Of a stretch of 64,000 bases of DNA, positions 57,743-64,000 are shown in pieces. Both the position numbers and the translations under genes were made by a program. Positions within the stretch are counted from its first letter, which is position 1; every line of letters begins with the position of its first letter. This stretch comes from the human T2T-CHM13v2.0 reference genome, Homo sapiens, in the NCBI RefSeq assembly GCF_009914755.1, contig NC_060932.1; one strand, written 5' to 3'. The notes below the pieces were generated by a model. The model was given only the letters and a program-made list of their open reading frames with translations. It was not told the DNA's origin and ran no database searches.

Positions 57743-58093
57743 CTGGGTGGCTCTTTTCTTCAGTCTAGAAGCACAGTTCGGGGGGCGGGGGGGCCAAGGG
57801 GATTCTGCCATTCCCAGTCTTGCATAGGTCTCTGTGTAGAGCATGAATTCTCCTGGGGGCTCTCACTCACTCATCCTTTCCCATATTGGAGAGGTTCTCT
57901 GGCTCCTCAGTGAGGAGAAACCATGTCAGGAGCTTCGCTTCTCTCTGTTCTCTGTGTCCCCCTGCTGCCTTGACAGATCCTGACATGGTTTCTCAGCTAA
58001 TCTGCCTACAGAGTCAGGGTTCACTAGCCCTTTTGTTTCCTCTCTATGAGAGCAGCACACATGAGCTGCTTCTATTCTGCCATCTTAGCCCCT
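57743..58093 (-). mobile_element. Old L1P (L1PA13-16/L1PB-type) 5' end; its ORF1 remnant lies at 57035-57095
   Basis: Reverse complement starts 'ggggctaagatggcagaatagaagcagctcatgtgtgctgctctc' (L1 5' YY1 motif AAGATGGC). Confidence 0.75.
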
Positions 58094-58097
58094 TCCC

Positions 58098-61000
58098 CTT
58101 ATTTATCAGTTCAAATAGTTCTTGGTAGAGTCCTTAGGTTTTTCTAAAGATAAGATCATATAATCTGCAAACAGGGATAATTTGACTTCTTCCTTTCCAT
58201 TTGGGATGCGCTTTATTTCTTTTAAAATAAATAAAGAAATTGTCTGATTGCTCTAGCTAGGACTTCCAGTATTATATTGAATAACAGTGGTGAAAGTGGG
58301 CATCCTTGTCTTGTTCCAGATCTTAGAAGAAAGGCTTTCAGTTTTTCCCCATTCAATATAATATTATCTGTGGGTCTGTTGTATATGGCTTTTATTGTGT
58401 TGAGGTATGTTTTTTCTATACCCAGTTTTTTGAGAGTTTTTATCATGAAGGGATGTTGAATGCTTTTCAGCATCAATTGAAATGATAATATAGTTTTCGT
58501 CCTTCATTCTGTTAAATGATGGATTTGCATATGTTGAACCATCCTTTTTAATGTGCTGCTGGATTTAGTTTGCCAGTATTTTGTTGAGAATTTTTGCATT
58601 AGTGTTCATCAAGAATACTGGCCTGAAGTTTTCTTTTTTTGTTGTGTCTCTGCCAGGGTTTGGTATCAGTATGATGCCGGCCTCAAACAATGAATTATGG
58701 TGGAGTCCCTCCTCCTCGATTTTTTGGAATAGGGTCAGTAGGAATGGTACTAGCTGTTCTTTGTACATCTGGTACAATTTGGGTGTAAATTCATCTGGCC
58801 CTAGGCTTTTTTGGTTGGTAGGCTATTTATTACTGATTCAATTTCAGAGATCATTATTGGTCTGTTCAGGGATTCAGTTTCTTCCTGGCTCAGTCTTGAG
58901 AGGATGTATGTTGTCCAGGAATTTATTCATTTCTTCTGGATCTTCTAGTTTATGTGAATAGAGGTGTTCATAATTGTCTCTGATGGTTATTTGTATTTTT
59001 GTGGATCAGTGGTACTATCCCCTTTGTCACACATAATTGTGTTTATTTTAATCTTCTCTAATTGGGTTTATTTGGATTTTCTGTCTTTTCTTATTTATTA
59101 GTCTATCTAGTCATCTATCTCTTTTATAACTTTTTTCAAAAAGCCAATTTGTGGATTTGTTGATCTTTTGATTTTTGTGTGTGTGTGTGTGTGTCTCAAT
59201 CTCCTTCAATTTAGCTCTGATTTTGGTTATTTCTTATCTTCTGCTAGCTTTGGGGTTGGTTTGTTCTTGGTTCCCTAGTTCTTTTAGTTGTGAAGATAGG
59301 TTGAATTTTTTGAGTTGTTTTGTAGCCTAGCATATTGTTTATTCTTGAGAATGATCCATGCACTAAGGAGAATAGTCTGTATTCTGCAGCCATTGGATAA
59401 AATGTTCTGTAAATATCTATTAGATCCATCTGGCCTATAGCACAGACTAAGTTCAATGTTTCTTTGTTGTTTTTCTATCTGGATGATCTGTCCAATGCTA
59501 AAACTGGGACGTGGAAGTTTCTAGCTATTTTGTATTGGGGTCTATCTCTCTCTTTAGTGCTAATAATATTTGCTTTATAAATCAGGGTGCTCCAGTGTTG
59601 GGTGCATATATATTTCTAATTGTTATATTCTCTTGCTGAATTAGAGATAGGTATTAGAGAATTAGAGTTAGGTATTCATTATAGTCTTCACAGTCTGGGC
59701 TTGTTTTTATTTATCCTTCTTGGGAAGGCCTTCCAGGTACCTGAAGTGACTTGGGTGTTATAATCTAAGTGTTTGGTTACTGCTGCTATATCTGCATTGG
59801 GGGGAACCCCAAGCCCAGTAACATGGTGACCTTTGAGACTCACAGAGGTACCATCTTGGTTGTGCTGGGTAACATCCAAAAGAAATCCCTGGATTACCAG
59901 GCACAGACTCTTGTTCTCTTCCCTTGCTTTGCCCCAAACAGATGGTTTGCTGAGCTGTCTGGAGGTGTCACCAGCTGACATTTGGCTGGCATGACACCAG
60001 TACCCCTGTGGCCACCACGACTGGGACTGCACTGCATCAGACCTGAAGCCAGCAGAGCACTGGATCTTGCCCAAGACTCGCAGTGACCAGTGCCTGATTA
60101 CTGCCTGTATTCACTTAAGGCCTAAGGGTTCCACGATAAGCAGGTGGAAAATCCAACCAGTCTTGTGTCCTTGCATTCAGGGCAGCAAGCTCCCCCGATC
60201 TTGGTGCAGGTCCAGAAATACTGTCCAGGAGCCAGACCCTGGAGTTGAGAACCTTGGAAATATACCTGGTGCTCTTTTCTACTGTGGGTGAGCTGGCATG
60301 CTAGCCACAAGACAAAGTCCTTCCCACTCTTCCCTCCCTCTTCATCAAGCAGAAGGAGTCTCTCCTCATGGTCACCACCACCCTTGGGCCATGCCATATA
60401 TTGCCTGGCTACTACCAATATTCACTCAAGGCCCAAGGGCTCTTTAGTCAGCTTGTGATGAATGCTGCCAGGCCTGAGTCTCTCCCTTCAGGGTAGTGGG
60501 CTCCCTTCCTATTCAGGGCAGGTCTAGAAATACTGTCCAGGAGCCAAGGCCTGGAATTGGAGACCCCAAGAACCCACTTGGAGCTCCACTGCACTGTGGC
60601 CAAGCTGGTACCCAAGCTATAAGACAAAGTCTCCTTTGCTCTTCCCTCTCCTTTCCTCAGACAAAAGGGGTTTCTTGCTCCCCCACCACCCAACCCCAGA
60701 GCCACCACCTCTGGGAATGTGCTGGGTCACACCTGAAGCCAACATGGCTCTGAGTCTCACCCAAGGCCTGTGGTGGGTACTGCCTGGCTACTGCTGGTGT
60801 TTATTCAGGGCCCAAGGGCTCTTTAGTCAGCGGGTGATGAATCCTGCCAGAACTGGGTCCTTCCCTTCATGTCAGAGGGTTTCTTTCAGGCCTAGGGTGA
60901 GTCTAGAAATGTCTTCCAGGAACTAGGGCCTGGAATGGGGGCCTCGGAATTCTGCCTGGTGCCCTGTTCTACTGTGGCTGAGCTGGTATCTAAGTTGCAA

Positions 61001-61722
61001 GACAAAATCCTCTTTACTCTCCCAACTCCTTTCATCAAGCGAAGGGAAGGAGTCTATCCTGTAGCTGTGAGATGTGCTGCCTGGGGCTGAAGGAGGGGTG
61101 GATACAAGCACTCCCTTGGCCATCCCAGATGGTATCTCACTAAGTCATGTGCATCCCAAGTCCACTGGCTCTGAGCTCAATACAGCACCAGGACTTGCCC
61201 AGGAATTGCATTCTTTGTGGCTTAGACCACTTTTCAAGTTTATTTAGAACTCCAGAGCACTTTAGCCCATGGTGGCAGGGCTTGCTGGAACTCAGGTTCT
61301 GACCACTGGGATGATTGATTTGCCTCTAGCTAGGGCTGGTCTAAGTCTAAATGCTCCCTCCATGGGTCTCTGCTGAGTTCTGCCCTATGTTGCTTTCTGC
61401 TGTGACAGGGCAGTACTGAGTTCCAATGCGAAGTCTCACAATCCCACAGATTGTCCTTCTCAAGCACATAGATTTTCTCTCTATTCTACACAGACACTAC
61501 TGGGTCATTGGGGTAGGGTAGTATAAGCAATTCAAGACTGTCTTTCCTACCCTCCTCAGTGCCTCTTTCCTTAATATGATGTTAAGAACAGGTACTGTCA
61601 CTCACCTGATTTTTGGCTCTTACAAAGGTGCTTTTTTGTATGGATAGTTGTTCAATTTGGTGTTTCTGTTGGGGAAATAATTGCTGTAGGCTTCTGTTTG
61701 GCCATATTGTTCTACCTCTCCC
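58098..61722 (-). mobile_element. L1MA-type (L1M1/L1M2 5' end) element: ORF2 remnants and long 5'UTR, ORF1 missing
   Basis: Minus ORFs with RT motif [27 protein letters not shown] (58222-58476), [10 protein letters not shown] (58565-58777) and endonuclease DLIDIYRTFYP (59244-59456); 5' end 'ggccatattg' at about 61701. Confidence 0.88.
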
Positions 61723-61789
61723 CATTGTAAGATTTTGACAGTGAAAAATGCATTTACAATATCTAATGTTTTCTTATGATTCATCGATG

Positions 61790-62760
61790 CTTCTTGAATA
61801 GTAACCTTTTCTAAGCACTATGGGCCATTTATTTTGTGGAATGTCCTTCAATTTGAGTGTGCCTAATGTATCCTGATGATTGATTCAGGTTGTGTTTCTT
61901 TGGTAGGAATTTCACAGAAGAGACATTGGAATCCTCTTACTGCATCTCATCAAGTGGCACGCAATGCTGCTTTGAACCATTCCTGATGTTGTTCACTTTT
62001 ATCACTTGATCAAGGTGCCAGGCTTCTCCACTGTAAAGTTAGTCTTTTTACCCTTGTAATTAATAAGTATTTTTGTGAAGAGATACTTCAGGACTATCTT
62101 CTTCCTTGTTCAATTTTTACTCCCCTACTATTCGGCACTCATTAATGGTTCTTGCCTGAATTATTTTTTACTATGACAATTGCCAAATGGTGGTTTTCTA
62201 ATTCATGATTTCTTCTATGTCTATTAGTTGGCATTCTATTGCAAGAAAGAAATTTCTATTTTTCCCATTTATTTATTCATTTATGTATTTTTATTTATGT
62301 CAGGTTATAGATTCTTAATTTATCTAATGACATATCATCCATTATTATTCTTATTTATTTTGATACTCAAATTGTCTTAGATTTGGCCAGTAGGAGTCCC
62401 TTCAAGCTGGATCCTGTAGATCCCCATCATTCTTTGAGCATTTTGGGCATTTTATAACACAACAAGGTATTCTAGACTCATTTTACACTTTCCCTAACCA
62501 GCCCTGGAATTACTCATTTTTCTAAGGAGTCCTTTTTTATTTAATGGAGAAAGTTATTTAGAAACCAAGATCTAGGTGCTAGATGTGTTCGTGATTAGTT
62601 GGGTATCATGGCTTCCAGGCTCTCTCAGCATCTAATTCAATACCACATGGTTCATGCTAGCATTCCCTTTTTCTTCTGCATTTGTAACTCCCTTCTGTGA
62701 CAATGAGAAGCCTGGCTCCCATTATCCTTCAATATATACTTACTTGTTCACCAGCCACCC
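61790..62760 (-). mobile_element. L1MC/L1MD-like 3'UTR
   Basis: 'ttttgtggaatgtccttcaatttg', 'ctccactgtaaagtt', 'gatttggccagtaggagtcccttcaagctgg'. Confidence 0.75.
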
Positions 62761-63499
62761 CCTCCAATATCTATCTACTCTCCAAGCCTGCTGGGCTGAC
62801 ATCTCACTTGGCTGCTTTTCTCACTTGGGTTCTCATCCCCCATGGGGCCACCTTCCTCATTCAGGCTTGCCAAATGGATTTTTGACTAAATTATTCAGGA
62901 AGGAAGGAAGAAGGGAAGCCAAAGAAATATGAATGTATGTTTTTATTAATGTCCATTTTAGGTCTGGCTATGGGGGGATGGGCATGTTCATAAATAGTAG
63001 AAGTATATATTTGTATTCTGTTTCTGTCTTAAATATGATGCTCTACTTTTATATATCCAATATGGTTGATCACACACACACACTCCTGCTCTTTGACCTA
63101 GAACTTTCACTTCCAAGAAATTATCCTAAATAAATAGATAATTGCACAAATAACAATTGTATATTTGTACAATTATCAATATTTGTTGTAACATATATAA
63201 TAGAAAAAGCTGAAAATATAAATATCCAATAAGTTATGGTTTATCAACCTAGTGTGTCAATAAATTGTGTAGATTCACACTTTTTGTCATAGAAAAGGTC
63301 AACAGTAGATTAAATGAAAAGAGTAAATGTCATGGATTCCTTTGAAATACACATGCACATATTTATAACTCTACTTATGAAGAAGTATCTCAAAGACTAT
63401 TCATCAAACAGGAGGTTATCTCTAGGTTATGGGATTTTTAGATTGTTGTGCTATTTGATTTTTTTCTTTTTGCTTACTATGAATTCAGCGGTGAATATA

Positions 63500-63582
63500 T
63501 GTTGCATACTTTTGAAAAAAAGACCAAAAACAACATGTATGCAACATGTGTTGCATACTTTTGAAAAAAAGACCAAAAACAA
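63500..63582. repeat. Identical 34-bp duplication with inverted spacer
   Basis: 63500-63533 = 63549-63582; the spacer contains the reverse complement of the unit start. Confidence 0.95.
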
Positions 63583-64000
63583 TGATAAGACCTTAAACTC
63601 AATAAATTGTTTTAAAAACTGGCATTGATCCCACAAACCTATATCGAATCTGCACCATCAGCATTCTACCACCCACTACTGGGTAATAATTACTAACAAT
63701 GCCCATGAGCTCACTGCATGGGATTAGAGTGAGAATTAAATAACTAATAGACATGGAAGCCATTGAAATCTGTAAGAGGCTGTAAAAAAAAAAAAGTGAC
63801 ATGCTATTAAGATTATTGCTATTACTATTAGCGTTATCATCATCATTGCCATCATTATTGGTGTTGATTTCAGTACTTTCTATTGACCTGTGTTTTCTAA
63901 ATTCAGAGGGGGAGAATGCTAGGCCTCCACGCAGCTGTTTGGAAACCAGAAGAAAAGCCTTTGAAAGGCATATTCTCTGAAGGAACTTAAAATCTAATTT

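Noticed and set aside
57779-57801. G-rich potential G-quadruplex / GC-box promoter
   Set aside because: Lies in a decayed L1 5'UTR with no CpG island; no evidence of function.

Overview
Primate, very likely human, non-coding genomic DNA: many Alu copies (J, S and Y subfamilies), an L1PA3-like element, THE1/MST/MLT LTRs and CpG depletion. I find no credible host protein-coding exon, RNA gene or CpG island. Most of the window is transposable-element debris, often nested: about 18 Alu/FLAM copies, L1s of many ages, L2, MIR, CR1/L3, MaLR/ERVL/ERV1 LTRs and hAT/mariner DNA transposons. The ORF track is largely antisense or chance ORFs in these repeats, plus short L1 and transposase remnants. The most notable observations are: (1) a heavily decayed retroviral pol (integrase) and probable env relic at about 0.23-2.1 kb; (2) a trimeric Alu inside a single target-site duplication (TSD); (3) an L1 with a twin-priming inversion; (4) several micro-scale template-switch scars, including an identical DUP-INV-DUP at 63.5 kb; (5) LTRs carrying DUX4-type and PRDM9-like motifs; (6) a few unique, motif-dense candidate enhancers. 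I do not see evidence for a previously undescribed biological system. Repeat names come from recalled consensus sequences, not a search. Boundaries of old repeats are approximate (tens of bp); TSD-anchored boundaries are close to exact.
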